Made by a program: the position numbers and the translations under genes. Shown in pieces: positions 1 to 8,844 of a stretch of 64,000 nucleotides of DNA (positions are counted from its first letter, which is position 1; the number at the start of each line of letters is the position of its first letter). This stretch comes from a virus. The notes beneath the pieces are model-generated. The model had not been told where the DNA came from. It ran no database searches and worked only from the letters and a program-made list of their open reading frames with translations. Location of the stretch: the IMG/VR virus record IMGVR_UViG_3300043773_002546, positions 133,310-197,309 of that record. The stretch is one strand, 5' to 3'.

Positions 1-1
1 T

Positions 2-796
2 TCAGCCATTGGCGCCGACAAGATCAACGAGCGCGGGCATCACTTTCGCTACGCGCTGGGCCCGGTCAAAGAGATCACGCCCAAAAGCATCGCCGGTATC
101 AGCCGCGTGTGGGCTATTCAGGTTGCCAGCCCCGAGCTGGCCGCGCTGCGCAAGAGCTACGGCCTGACGCCACTGCTGCACGGCGACCACCAGTTTCACA
201 TCACGGTCGCTGTCCGCCGCGCCAAGGTGCTGGGCAATAATGCCGTCAGCAAATTTGATACAGCGCCAAGCCGCGGCGAGTTAAAAGCGGCTGAAGTCAA
301 AGACGTTCCTCACGGCGGCCAGGCCGACCACGCGCCCGACAAAAAGTTCAACGCGGAGACCCTTGCAGAGGGAGTCAAACATGAGCACGAGCACACCGAC
401 GATGGTCAAGTCGCCAAAGAAATTGCCAAGGATCATCTGCAAGAAGACCCGGCCTACTACAAAAAAGTCGAGCAAATAGAGAAGCAGTCGGCCAACCCGT
501 ATATGCAGCAGCTCAAGCGGATGTACATGTCCCACGAGCCGATTCCCTATGACAGCAACAAACCGGTCTTTGAGAACATCAGAAATCAGCTTGCCGAAGT
601 AAAGCGTCGCGGGGACTTTATGCTTCGCGCCGAGCGGAACCAAATGCTCTACCGGTCGCAACTCGACCCGCACTACCGCAATCAGTTGGCGCTGATGGCT
701 TACCAGGGCCGCTACCCGCAGCCCGATCGTCTGACGCGGTCTATCGAGCGGCACGGCGACGAAATCCTAAACATGTTTTCTAAAGCGAGAAAATAA
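2..796 (+). CDS. 5'-partial multidomain protein: possible second half of a 2H-phosphoesterase domain followed by a DUF5661-like domain
   Basis: Frame is open from base 2 (the track start at 107 is internal). Has HQFHITVA (HxT-type motif) and EGVKHEHEHTDD..AKEIAKDHLQEDPAYY, which matches my recollection of the DUF5661 pattern (EH...A..IA.DHL.E...YY). Confidence 0.55.
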   Translation, partial: SAIGADKINERGHHFRYALGPVKEITPKSIAGISRVWAIQVASPELAALRKSYGLTPLLHGDHQFHITVAVRRAKVLGNNAVSKFDTAPSRGELKAAEVKDVPHGGQADHAPDKKFNAETLAEGVKHEHEHTDDGQVAKEIAKDHLQEDPAYYKKVEQIEKQSANPYMQQLKRMYMSHEPIPYDSNKPVFENIRNQLAEVKRRGDFMLRAERNQMLYRSQLDPHYRNQLALMAYQGRYPQPDRLTRSIERHGDEILNMFSKARK

Positions 797-798
797 CC

Positions 799-1104
799 AT
801 GAGCGACGAAATCGGCCCCGCCGAGGGCTGGCGCAGCGGCATCTGGCCGCGGCCAAAACCCAAGCCAACACCGGCGCCTGAGCCGGGTCCAGCGCCTGCG
901 CCAGCACCGGACGGCGGCGACGGTAAAGCTCCCGCGGCGATTGCGCGCGCCTGGTGGATTTTGCGAAACACCGATCTGCGGTCGCTGCGGGCTGTATTTA
1001 CATTTGTGCCGCTGACGGTGTTTTTTGCTGTCAGCGGTCTTGTGGTCTGGACGCTTTTGACTTTGCGCGCATTAATCTGGCTTGTAAAAGCAATTGTTAA
1101 CTAA
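799..1104 (+). CDS. Small membrane protein with Pro/Ala-rich N-terminus
   Basis: Starts 3 nt after the upstream stop; PKPKPTPAPEPGPAPAPAP linker and a long C-terminal hydrophobic segment. Confidence 0.6.
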   Translation: MSDEIGPAEGWRSGIWPRPKPKPTPAPEPGPAPAPAPDGGDGKAPAAIARAWWILRNTDLRSLRAVFTFVPLTVFFAVSGLVVWTLLTLRALIWLVKAIVN

Positions 1105-1150
1105 TGATTGATATCAATGTGCGGCGTAACTTTACCGAGCGGGAAAGTTC

Positions 1151-2173
1151 GTGATGTTTGACCTCCTAAAATGGCAAAATGTTCCCGAGCGGGTAAGCAC
1201 GCTGTTGGCGACAGCCGAGCAGGTGCGGTCTGCCCATTTCAAAGCTGCCAGCGCCGCGGGAATTCTGCCGCTGAGCCTGGTGACCTGGGAGCCGGAAAAC
1301 GGCGGCATCTCGGTTTACACGCCGCACAAACTGGCAGAGAAGACAGCCGACGCCTATGTGGCGGCCTTCCACTACCCGACTGAATCAATCATTCTTCGCG
1401 AGTTTGCCAATCAGCAGCCGGACTGGACGAAAGAAATCGGCGTCAAACGCGGGGCCGCTATTCCGGGCGTGAAGCATCTCTTTGAGGGCGGCAACGCGCT
1501 GCTACTTGGTCCGACACCTTTGTCCAACGGCATTGTTTCAGCGTTGATGCTTGGCGGCCTGGGCTACGGTGTTGGGACCGCGGCCGAGCACTTGTTCCCC
1601 GCGCGTTACATGCAGCGCGGTAAACTCCGCCGCACCTTGGGCATTGCTGGCGCGCTGGGCGGAGCTGGCCTGGGCGCCGCAAACGCTTACGCCAACAGCC
1701 GCGCCATGGACTCGAGCTTTCTCGAGGGCCTGATCACTAATAACAAGACGCTTCCTCCGTATCTTAAAGAGTACGAGAAGCAGAGCGCCTTTGGCTCTTT
1801 TACACACCCCGACGGCACGGGACTGTGGGCGCCAAGCGTGCCGGTTCCGCAGTTTAATTCAATGGTCTGGAACGACGTTAACAAGGGGCGGTACAGCCCC
1901 TATGGCGGCCACACGTCGCCGTCAATCGGCGCGGCGACCACGGGTTTCATGAGCGGACTAGCGACGCAAAACCGCAGCCCAATCATTTCTCCTGCGACAG
2001 TTATTAACGGCATTGCTTCGGCTGGGGTGGGGCTGGCAACGGCCAACATCGCGGGCCGAGCGCTTTCAGCGCTGGCGGGTCTAACCCCCGAAGCCCAAAA
2101 CAAACTCCAGGACATGGGGCTTTACGGCGGCATGCTCCACGCGATTGTGCCGTCGATGTTCGGCGGGCGGTAG
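1151..2173 (+). CDS. Glycine-zipper-rich, Cys-free hypothetical protein (candidate internal virion/ejection protein)
   Basis: 340 aa with hydrophobic GxxxG segments (LMLGGLGYGVG, GIAGALGGAGLGAA); K-x-A-type motifs FKAA, EKTA, EKQSA; no Cys. Confidence 0.6.
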   Translation: MMFDLLKWQNVPERVSTLLATAEQVRSAHFKAASAAGILPLSLVTWEPENGGISVYTPHKLAEKTADAYVAAFHYPTESIILREFANQQPDWTKEIGVKRGAAIPGVKHLFEGGNALLLGPTPLSNGIVSALMLGGLGYGVGTAAEHLFPARYMQRGKLRRTLGIAGALGGAGLGAANAYANSRAMDSSFLEGLITNNKTLPPYLKEYEKQSAFGSFTHPDGTGLWAPSVPVPQFNSMVWNDVNKGRYSPYGGHTSPSIGAATTGFMSGLATQNRSPIISPATVINGIASAGVGLATANIAGRALSALAGLTPEAQNKLQDMGLYGGMLHAIVPSMFGGR

Positions 2174-2234
2174 ATTGCGCAAAATGCGGGGACATGACAC
2201 AATTGACTGAGCCAAACCGGCAGGAGGTGCTTTT

Positions 2235-2603
2235 ATGGCGATGAAGAAAAGTGCGCAGACTGTGCGCGAAGAATTGCGTGTTCTTAACGCTGCCGCGGAT
2301 GACGTGGCCAGCAGCAATATGAACGAGTGGCTGACGCCTGAATTTTGGGCCACGGCCGCAACGGTCGTCACCAACATGGTGGCGGTTGGTGTGCTTCTTG
2401 GCTGGGTTCGGGCGTCCGAGGCGGAAACGCTTACCACGGTCCTCACGGGCCTGGTCAGCGCTACCAGCGCCATCGTGACCAACGGCCTGGTGATCTGGAA
2501 GTTTATCGCGTCCCGGACCGCGGTGAAGGAATCGATGATCGACGCCCGCTTCCGCTACATGGAAGCGATCGCGGTTGAAAAAATTCGCGCCGAGAAAGAA
2601 TGA
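2235..2603 (+). CDS. Holin-like membrane protein
   Basis: SD AGGAGG upstream; 122 aa with two hydrophobic segments after a TPEFW motif and a charged C-terminus; sits before two protease genes. Confidence 0.45.
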   Translation: MAMKKSAQTVREELRVLNAAADDVASSNMNEWLTPEFWATAATVVTNMVAVGVLLGWVRASEAETLTTVLTGLVSATSAIVTNGLVIWKFIASRTAVKESMIDARFRYMEAIAVEKIRAEKE

Positions 2604-3013
2604 GCGTGAACACGGACGATCTTCAGCATCGGATCGAATCGTCTGCGGCCTTGAAGCGCGCGGCCGGGCAACTTCGCGATGAGGTGGCTTTCCGCGCCGA
2701 CAAGTCCGTGGAATTCGATCCGATGCTGATTATTATGATTGTTTCAATCATCGTGCAGCTCATTATTCACTGCCGTGAAACCAATACCAGCGACGAGGTG
2801 CGGCAGAACATCCGCGACCTCCGCGCGCTGCCGGTTAGGCGTTTGCTCCGCCTGCGGCGTAAACTAAATACGTTGTGGCGCGAGAAGTGTCGGGGCTCGG
2901 AGGTCCAGCCGGACAACCCGCTTCTGGCCGCCGTCTACGAACTCTCGGAAACCGCCGACGACGCGGCGATTGATGAAATCATGCGGCTCGCGGAGAACTC
3001 CGGCGCCGCCTAA
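2600..3013 (+). CDS. Hypothetical protein with one hydrophobic helix
   Basis: ATGA overlap with the previous stop; FDPMLIIMIVSIIVQLIIHC segment. Confidence 0.6.
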   Translation: MSVNTDDLQHRIESSAALKRAAGQLRDEVAFRADKSVEFDPMLIIMIVSIIVQLIIHCRETNTSDEVRQNIRDLRALPVRRLLRLRRKLNTLWREKCRGSEVQPDNPLLAAVYELSETADDAAIDEIMRLAENSGAA

Positions 3014-3041
3014 CAATATTACTCGCAAGGATGCGAACTAT

Positions 3042-3854
3042 ATGGCACGGACGCCACCCGCACAGCATGTCTTGCCGACGTCGGAAATTCTGCGAAAGCT
3101 ACACGGCTTTGGCTACTTCGGCGACAAGACCTGGGCTCAGGTTCGCAACATCAAAGGCACCGAGCTGACGAAAGCTATTCGTGAGTACCAGCGCTTTCAC
3201 GGCTTAGATCCCAACGGCCAAGTGAATCCGCAGACGGCGCACGTCTTAGAGCGCCGCCGCTGCGGTTTGCCGGATTTCAACTTTTCGGCGGGCGACCGGG
3301 TCTGCAAGTGGCCCCATCGCGACATCAAGTACTACGCCGACATCAAGCTGCCCGGAATCAGCGACGAGCAGGCCAAGCAAGCCTACGACATCGCTTTTGC
3401 CCAATGGGCGGCCGTGTGCAACATTGAGCCCGTGCCGGTGGACTCGCACACCAAGGCGAACATCTACGCGCGCAGCGGCGTGGGTAAGAAAAACGGCTTA
3501 GACAATCGCGGCGGCACGCTTGCTTGGAGCGAGTTGCCCTGCGACGTGCACGAAAACATTCAGCTCGATCAGATGTACGACGAGGCGGAAGCGTGGAGCT
3601 TTAATATGGCCGTCGCCGTAATCTGCCACGAGGTCGGGCACGCGCTGGGGCTGCCGCATTTGGCCAACGGCAATCTTATGGCGCCCTACTACGACCCGAA
3701 CGTTACCGCGCCCCAGGAAGGCGACATCCGGGAAATTGTGGATCTTTACGGCAAGCGCAAAAAGCCGTATTCGTCGATGAAAGACTCGTCGGTGCATCTG
3801 GGCGGCACGCTTATTATCAACGGCAAACCGTACGTGCTCGTTCCGAAAACCTGA
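3042..3854 (+). CDS. Matrixin (M10/MMP-like) zinc metalloprotease with propeptide and cysteine switch
   Basis: HEVGHALGLPH (HExxHxxGxxH), Met-turn LMAP, RRCGLPD cysteine switch, N-terminal PG_binding_1/MMP-prodomain-like helices (AIREYQRFHGLDPNGQV). Start placed at ATG 3042 after AAGGA; the track start 2970 overlaps the upstream gene. Confidence 0.9.
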   Translation: MARTPPAQHVLPTSEILRKLHGFGYFGDKTWAQVRNIKGTELTKAIREYQRFHGLDPNGQVNPQTAHVLERRRCGLPDFNFSAGDRVCKWPHRDIKYYADIKLPGISDEQAKQAYDIAFAQWAAVCNIEPVPVDSHTKANIYARSGVGKKNGLDNRGGTLAWSELPCDVHENIQLDQMYDEAEAWSFNMAVAVICHEVGHALGLPHLANGNLMAPYYDPNVTAPQEGDIREIVDLYGKRKKPYSSMKDSSVHLGGTLIINGKPYVLVPKT

Positions 3855-3858
3855 CGTT

Positions 3859-3867
3859 TGCTATAAT
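3859..3867 (+). promoter_or_regulatory. Putative extended -10 promoter (TG-n-TATAAT)
   Basis: TTTGCTATAATC in the 3854-3903 intergenic gap, upstream of GGAGG and ATG 3903. Confidence 0.5.
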
Positions 3868-3902
3868 CGCCGAAAACGGCCCTTTCGAGGCATGGAGGCG
3901 AT

Positions 3903-4190
3903 ATGACTACGTTTCAGTTAACGGCGTTGTTGCTGTTTGGCGCGACCTTGGCGGCCACGAAGCGCCTAGAGTTGACCAGCTTTGTCAACGGGCTGCTGGC
4001 AAAGCTTCGCCCCGGTGTAAAGCCTGTTCCGGCGCCTGATGCGACGGACCACGCACAGGAACTGGTGAGCGATTTGGTGCAGGTCGCCGCGCTGCGAGAC
4101 CGGTTGGAGGCCGACGGGTGCAAGGACGGCGCCGAGGCCTGCACAGTGCTGTTGCGCATCCTGGTGGAATACCGTCCGAACAAGGGCTGA
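3903..4190 (+). CDS. Small protein with N-terminal hydrophobic anchor
   Basis: SD GGAGG; MTTFQLTALLLFGATLAA N-terminus. Confidence 0.65.
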   Translation: MTTFQLTALLLFGATLAATKRLELTSFVNGLLAKLRPGVKPVPAPDATDHAQELVSDLVQVAALRDRLEADGCKDGAEACTVLLRILVEYRPNKG

Positions 4191-4194
4191 AACC

Positions 4195-4680
4195 ATGAAG
4201 AATATCTATGTGCTCGCCGCAGGCGCGCTGTTGCTTTTTGCGCTGTTGTTTCCCAACGGCGTCAAGCTCCCGACTCCGCCCGTCACGCCCGTCACGCCCG
4301 TCACGCCCGTCACGCCCGTCGTGCCGGACGATAAACCCACGGTGCCGCCGGACGCGACGATTGTTGCCCTGTTGGTCGCGGCATCTCCGGCTGATAAGGC
4401 GCACGTCGCAGGGATCTACACGGGCCTGGGCGACGTCGTTACCCGCGACGCCGGAAAGCTTATTAAGACGACAGAGCAGTGGTCGCTCTTGCAGGCAAAC
4501 GCTTTGACATTGGCGGTGGACGGCACGAAGCTCAAGGGCAAGTACCCGGGGTTGGACGCCGCCATCGAGTCTGTTTTCGAGGGCAAGCTTGGCAAAGACA
4601 AAGAAGTCGTCCTGGCCGACGAGGCGACCCGCGCCAAGATCCTCGAAGCGTGTGGCGTGATTGTGAGCAGCGTCCGGTAA
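4195..4680 (+). CDS. Exported or membrane-anchored protein with (PVT)n linker
   Basis: Signal/anchor MKNIYVLAAGALLLFALLF, then PPVTPVTPVTPVTPVVP and a helical domain. Confidence 0.7.
   Translation: MKNIYVLAAGALLLFALLFPNGVKLPTPPVTPVTPVTPVTPVVPDDKPTVPPDATIVALLVAASPADKAHVAGIYTGLGDVVTRDAGKLIKTTEQWSLLQANALTLAVDGTKLKGKYPGLDAAIESVFEGKLGKDKEVVLADEATRAKILEACGVIVSSVR
4278..4320 (+). repeat. 9-bp tandem repeat GCCCGTCAC, about 4.8 copies, coding the PVT linker
   Basis: Read directly: four perfect copies plus a partial fifth. Confidence 0.95.
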
Positions 4681-4705
4681 TTTAATTAACAACCGGGGTG
4701 TTAAA

Positions 4706-5152
4706 ATGGACCCTACCTTGGTTGTGATTTTTTTGTTGTATCTGCTGGCCATTGTGGCCGCGATCGCCTTTACTCAACCTGTTGTTGTTGTTGTTCCTAA
4801 ACCTCTGCGCTTCGGCGCCCTGCAAATCAGGAGAAATGTTATGGCAGACGTTTTGACTTACAAGATAACCGCCGCTCCCGCGGTCGACGGCGACGTTGTA
4901 ACCCGCGAATTGCGGCTGGTTATCAACGACGCTGAGCCGGTGCTTCGCGAATTCGGCCCAGCCGAGACTGATCTCGGCACGGTCGATGTGCCCCAGGATT
5001 CCAACGTGGTGCTGAAGCTGGTGGACGTAGACGACGCTGGCAACCGCTCCGAGCCCGCTGTAGTTGAGTTCTTGGCGACTGACACCCTCCCGCCGCAACA
5101 GCCGGGCCTGGGCGTCGAACTGGTCGCCGAAAAGCCGGAGGCTGATGCTTGA
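4706..5152 (+). CDS. Ig/fibronectin-like beta protein with optional N-terminal membrane anchor; alternative start at 4841
   Basis: DxAGNxS motif (DDAGNRSEP) of Ig/Fn3-like domains; in-frame ATG 4841 has SD AGGAG; the upstream extension encodes a hydrophobic helix. Confidence 0.55.
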   Translation: MDPTLVVIFLLYLLAIVAAIAFTQPVVVVVPKPLRFGALQIRRNVMADVLTYKITAAPAVDGDVVTRELRLVINDAEPVLREFGPAETDLGTVDVPQDSNVVLKLVDVDDAGNRSEPAVVEFLATDTLPPQQPGLGVELVAEKPEADA

Positions 5153-5229
5153 GTTACTCCTGTTGGTAAAGGCGTGCGCGGCGGGCAGAAATAAGCCGCC
5201 GCGCCCGCCGCCAACCTTACGAGGACGCC

Positions 5230-6255
5230 ATGGCAGACGAAAAGTTTTTTGAATCGCCGTTCGACATCGTCAAGGCTTACGAGACTGGCTTTGTCGGCGC
5301 CTACAAAGACGCCGTTGCCGAAGCCCGGCTGAAAGACGAGATCCGCGCGCAGGGCGGCATTCCCGAAGGCGCTATGGCTTGTTCGCAGTTTGGCCTGGAA
5401 GAAACCGGCAAGGACAAGCTGTCGTTGCCGGTCATGGAAGTTCTTAACCTCTATCCTGATTGTCTTCCTGGTGGCGCCCAGGGCCGTGGCGATTGCGTAA
5501 GCTGGAATGCGCGCAACGGCGGCCTGATCACCATGTGCTGCGATATCGCGAGCAACGCGCCCGACGAGGTTAGCGGCAAGCTTGAAGGCGCTCCCGAGAT
5601 CAGCGACGAGGCGCGGCTTAACGGCGTGCTTTCAACCGAGGCGATCTATAACTGGCGCCGCCACGGCGGCGACGGCTGGAACTCCGCCGAAGCCGTTGAA
5701 GTCATGATGCGGGACTCCGGCCTTTGGCTGCGAAAAAAGTACGACGAAATTCAGGTCGACTTCACGCGATACTCGGCGCGCAATGCCGGAATCTATGGCA
5801 GCCGTACGCCGCCCAACACGTGGCGGGCAATTGGCGCTGAGCACCTGGTACGCACAGCCACGGAGCTCTCGAGCTTCGAAGAAGTTCGCGACATGTTGGC
5901 TAACGGTTATGGCATTCTCACCGATGGCAGCGAGAGCTGGAGTGACCAGCGCGATGCCAACGGCGTGTCAAAACGCACTGCAAAGGGCTGGGCGCACGCT
6001 ATGGGCCTGGGTGGCGCTGACGATCGGCCCGAGATTAAGAAACTTTACGGCGAGCCGCTGGTGTTGGTCCTGCAAAGCTGGGGCGAGTGGAATGACGGAC
6101 CGCGGACTATTTACGGCACGAACATTCTGATTCCCGTGGGCGCTTTCTGGTCGCGCTGGTCCGACTTCAAACGGCGTTACATGGTCGCGGTCTCCGGCGT
6201 AAACGGCTGGCCGCGAAAGAAGCTCGCCAGTTACGGCGCTCTGGGCAACATCTGA
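5230..6255 (+). CDS. Papain-like (C1 family) cysteine protease
   Basis: QGRGDCVSW (oxyanion Gln and catalytic Cys), WAHAM (His), QSWG where papains have NSWG; SD GAGG. Confidence 0.8.
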   Translation: MADEKFFESPFDIVKAYETGFVGAYKDAVAEARLKDEIRAQGGIPEGAMACSQFGLEETGKDKLSLPVMEVLNLYPDCLPGGAQGRGDCVSWNARNGGLITMCCDIASNAPDEVSGKLEGAPEISDEARLNGVLSTEAIYNWRRHGGDGWNSAEAVEVMMRDSGLWLRKKYDEIQVDFTRYSARNAGIYGSRTPPNTWRAIGAEHLVRTATELSSFEEVRDMLANGYGILTDGSESWSDQRDANGVSKRTAKGWAHAMGLGGADDRPEIKKLYGEPLVLVLQSWGEWNDGPRTIYGTNILIPVGAFWSRWSDFKRRYMVAVSGVNGWPRKKLASYGALGNI

Positions 6256-6264
6256 AGGTGAATC

Positions 6265-6690
6265 ATGTTTGACATTCTGCGCGCGTGGGTTCTGTGGATC
6301 TTGTTATTGATTTCTCCGCAGCCGCAAAAGCACCTGGAGGTGCAAGATGCGCGACCAAACCAAACGTACTATGTCGGCCTGGTCGCAGCTGAGGCTGCTT
6401 ATGCTACTTTGCTCCCTGGCACGCCCGACCAGCCAAAACCTGCTCCAGCGCCCGGTCCCGTCGACCCTGCCAACTGCCCCACCTGCAAAGGACTAGGTAA
6501 GGTTCCCACGGGCGATTCCAATCATCCGTGGACGAAATGCCCAACCTGTAAAGGCGGCACCGGCGCGACAGCCGCTATTGCCGTACCGACTGCCGACCCC
6601 CAGTGCGCAACTGGCAACTGCCCGGTACAATCGCCTCCCGTTGCGGCGCCACAGTCTGTGCCGCCCGCTCACGTCATTCGGAGGCGTTAA
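6265..6690 (+). CDS. Membrane-anchored protein with DnaJ-type CxxCxGxG zinc finger
   Basis: N-terminal hydrophobic segment; CPTCKGLG...CPTCKGG; C-terminal CATGNCP. Confidence 0.65.
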   Translation: MFDILRAWVLWILLLISPQPQKHLEVQDARPNQTYYVGLVAAEAAYATLLPGTPDQPKPAPAPGPVDPANCPTCKGLGKVPTGDSNHPWTKCPTCKGGTGATAAIAVPTADPQCATGNCPVQSPPVAAPQSVPPAHVIRRR

Positions 6691-6691
6691 C

Positions 6692-7183
6692 ATGCCGGTC
6701 GAGAATAACACGGGTAAGTGCTACAGCTATCGGGATTTGAAGTTCTACGCCAAGAACGGATTTGTCTGTCTTCACGACGAGGAGGACGGCGCGTTCTTTG
6801 TGCTCACCCGCAAGGAGTTTCTTGAGCGGGCAAAAGCACTTTCTGACGAGGCCCAGCGGTTGCGTAAGATCGCCGCGGAGAACCCGGGGCGCCCCTGGGT
6901 AGCGGCCGACCGTCTCGATCTGCAGAACGCGATTGATGACATGGTCGCGTGCACCCGTGAGGCCAAAGAGCAGGGCGACCGCAACGACCCGAAGGTCGCC
7001 GAGTGGTTTGCTCGTCACCGGCCGCATGCCCGCAGCCGCGTCTCCATGGCATCGGCGGCGAACTTTACTACGGCCAAGCCAAGTGCTTTGCCGCTGGGAC
7101 AGAATACCGGCAAGCAGGTCACGCCGGACTTCAGTGTTGGCCTGAACAACCCCAAGAAACTTATTCTGCCGGGAGACTTCTGA
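6692..7183 (+). CDS. Hypothetical protein
   Basis: GGAGG upstream of ATG 6692 (track start 6578 overlaps the previous gene); 163 aa. Confidence 0.6.
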   Translation: MPVENNTGKCYSYRDLKFYAKNGFVCLHDEEDGAFFVLTRKEFLERAKALSDEAQRLRKIAAENPGRPWVAADRLDLQNAIDDMVACTREAKEQGDRNDPKVAEWFARHRPHARSRVSMASAANFTTAKPSALPLGQNTGKQVTPDFSVGLNNPKKLILPGDF

Positions 7184-7184
7184 A

Positions 7185-7538
7185 ATGGCCGACACCGAGA
7201 AAGACGCATTTAAATTAGGTTTCCTGGCGCGCTGCGCCGAGGAGGGGCTTACGGGTGACGCGCTGGACGCGCGCATCAAGAGCGCCGAAGTTCTCGTAAA
7301 AACTGGTTGGGATCTGATCCCGTCGGAGGGCCGTTACGCTGCGGGCCTGGCTGCCGGTCTGCCGATCGCTGCTGGTGTTCTCGGCGGCGGGGCTCTGGGT
7401 TACGGTTTGGCCAAGATGCAGGAGCCACCGCTGGACGAGGACGAGATCAAAGCTAACGAGATCGCCACGACCTATCGTGTGCTAGCCCAGCGGGCCAAGG
7501 CACGAAAGAAGTTGCGGCAGTACCGTCCCGGCTCGTAA
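7185..7538 (+). CDS. Small glycine-zipper protein (AFKLGFLARCAEEG N-terminus)
   Basis: Abuts neighbours; GLAAGLPIAAGVLGGGALGYGL hydrophobic segment then a basic helix. Confidence 0.6.
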   Translation: MADTEKDAFKLGFLARCAEEGLTGDALDARIKSAEVLVKTGWDLIPSEGRYAAGLAAGLPIAAGVLGGGALGYGLAKMQEPPLDEDEIKANEIATTYRVLAQRAKARKKLRQYRPGS

Positions 7539-7562
7539 TCCCATAGTTGGCAAGGAGGCCAC

Positions 7563-7919
7563 GTGAGTCTGCGCAAATTTCACAGCGAAATGGGCGGCGC
7601 CCAGCACGGCGGTGCCCGGCTGAGCTGGCCCGGCACGCCCGAGGGTTTTCCGGTCATTAACCGATCGGAGCACGCGGACCTCAAGCAGGAAGAGACCGAA
7701 AACCTCGACCTGCGGATGGATTACAAGTCCAAAATGTTCGAGCTGTGGGACGCGGCGCAGAAGGCAGAATTCGACGACATAAATGATAAGATAGTCAACG
7801 GTTGGTACCTGTTGCAGAAGCGCAGCGACAACTGGGACGCAGAAAACAAACATTATCGCGTATGGCTGGAGTGGTGCCAGATTTACGGCATGATTCCGCC
7901 TTCGAGGGCGCAACGATGA
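7563..7919 (+). CDS. Hypothetical protein
   Basis: GTG start with SD AAGGAGG; 118 aa, aromatic-rich C-terminus. Confidence 0.65.
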   Translation: MSLRKFHSEMGGAQHGGARLSWPGTPEGFPVINRSEHADLKQEETENLDLRMDYKSKMFELWDAAQKAEFDDINDKIVNGWYLLQKRSDNWDAENKHYRVWLEWCQIYGMIPPSRAQR

Positions 7920-8842
7920 GCACAAAACAAGCGGGCATCGGTGATTTTCTGTTTCCCGGAGTTTTCGGCCCGGATAACCATCCGGCCATGCAAGCCGCCG
8001 CCGAAGCACGAGAAAAGCTTAAGCAGCAGACAGAAAGCGCCCTGACAAGCCACTACGGCCAGAACATGCGTCAAATGCTCGGCTACGGCCTGGCGGGCGG
8101 CGCTGGCGCCACGGCGCTGTACCATGCCTTGCGCGCCCTGAGAAAGCCCAAGAAGAGCGAGACGAAGTACGACGAGATGAACTCTGGCGCTCCAGTGATG
8201 GCTAAGGAAGCCCTCAGCCTGGACGAAATGCTGGGAAAGCTCGTGCCTACGACCATGACCGGTCTGCCTAGTGGCGATGGTGCCGGTAACGGCGGCGCCC
8301 CGGCGGCGCCAGGACTTCCGGCGGACCCGCACATGTACCGTCCGACGTGGGCTGCACTGGCCGCGCTGGGCGCTGGCGGCTTAGGGCTCTATGGCGGCAA
8401 TAAGGCTGTCGGCGCGCTGGTCAACCGTAATAAGAAAAAAGATAGTCAGGCGGAAATCGACGAGGCCCGCAAAGCCTATTACGACGCCTTGCTGGGCGGC
8501 GATAAGAAAGCTGCTGCGCTAGACGACGTGTACGCTGCTTGGCAAGAGAAGCATGCCAACCCGCTGACGACTGTCCGCGACGCCTTTAACTCGACCGCCG
8601 ATTTCTTTGGTAGGACAGTTCCTCAAAGCGCGCACGCCCTGGCGCTGCTTGGCGCTTTGGGCGGCGGGGCGTACAGCGCCAAAAAGATGTACGACTGGAC
8701 CAAGTCCCGCAGCGAGGGCGAGAATCTCCGCAAAGCCCAGGCATCTAAGGCGCGGATGAAGGGCTTGCCAACGACGTGGGTGGATCCTGAAGAGCTGACG
8801 CGGATTAAAGAACTCGCGGCGCAAGCTGACAATGAGCAGTAA
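7916..8842 (+). CDS. Glycine-zipper, Cys-free protein with K-x-A-delimited segments (candidate ejection protein)
   Basis: ATG 7916 overlaps the upstream stop (ATGA); begins MSTKQAG; three Gly-rich hydrophobic helices, each segment preceded by KQA, KEA or KKAA/EKHA. Confidence 0.6.
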   Translation: MSTKQAGIGDFLFPGVFGPDNHPAMQAAAEAREKLKQQTESALTSHYGQNMRQMLGYGLAGGAGATALYHALRALRKPKKSETKYDEMNSGAPVMAKEALSLDEMLGKLVPTTMTGLPSGDGAGNGGAPAAPGLPADPHMYRPTWAALAALGAGGLGLYGGNKAVGALVNRNKKKDSQAEIDEARKAYYDALLGGDKKAAALDDVYAAWQEKHANPLTTVRDAFNSTADFFGRTVPQSAHALALLGALGGGAYSAKKMYDWTKSRSEGENLRKAQASKARMKGLPTTWVDPEELTRIKELAAQADNEQ

Positions 8843-8844
8843 CA

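Noticed and set aside
1108-1117. FNR box or sigma-70 -35 element for the TTGATATCAA motif
   Set aside because: FNR needs a 4-bp spacer, which is absent. No -10 box lies 16-18 nt downstream of TTGATA in the copies checked.
5064-5252. 62-aa ORF overlapping 4706-5152 and 5230-6255
   Set aside because: Overlaps both neighbours, has no clear SD and no recognisable features.
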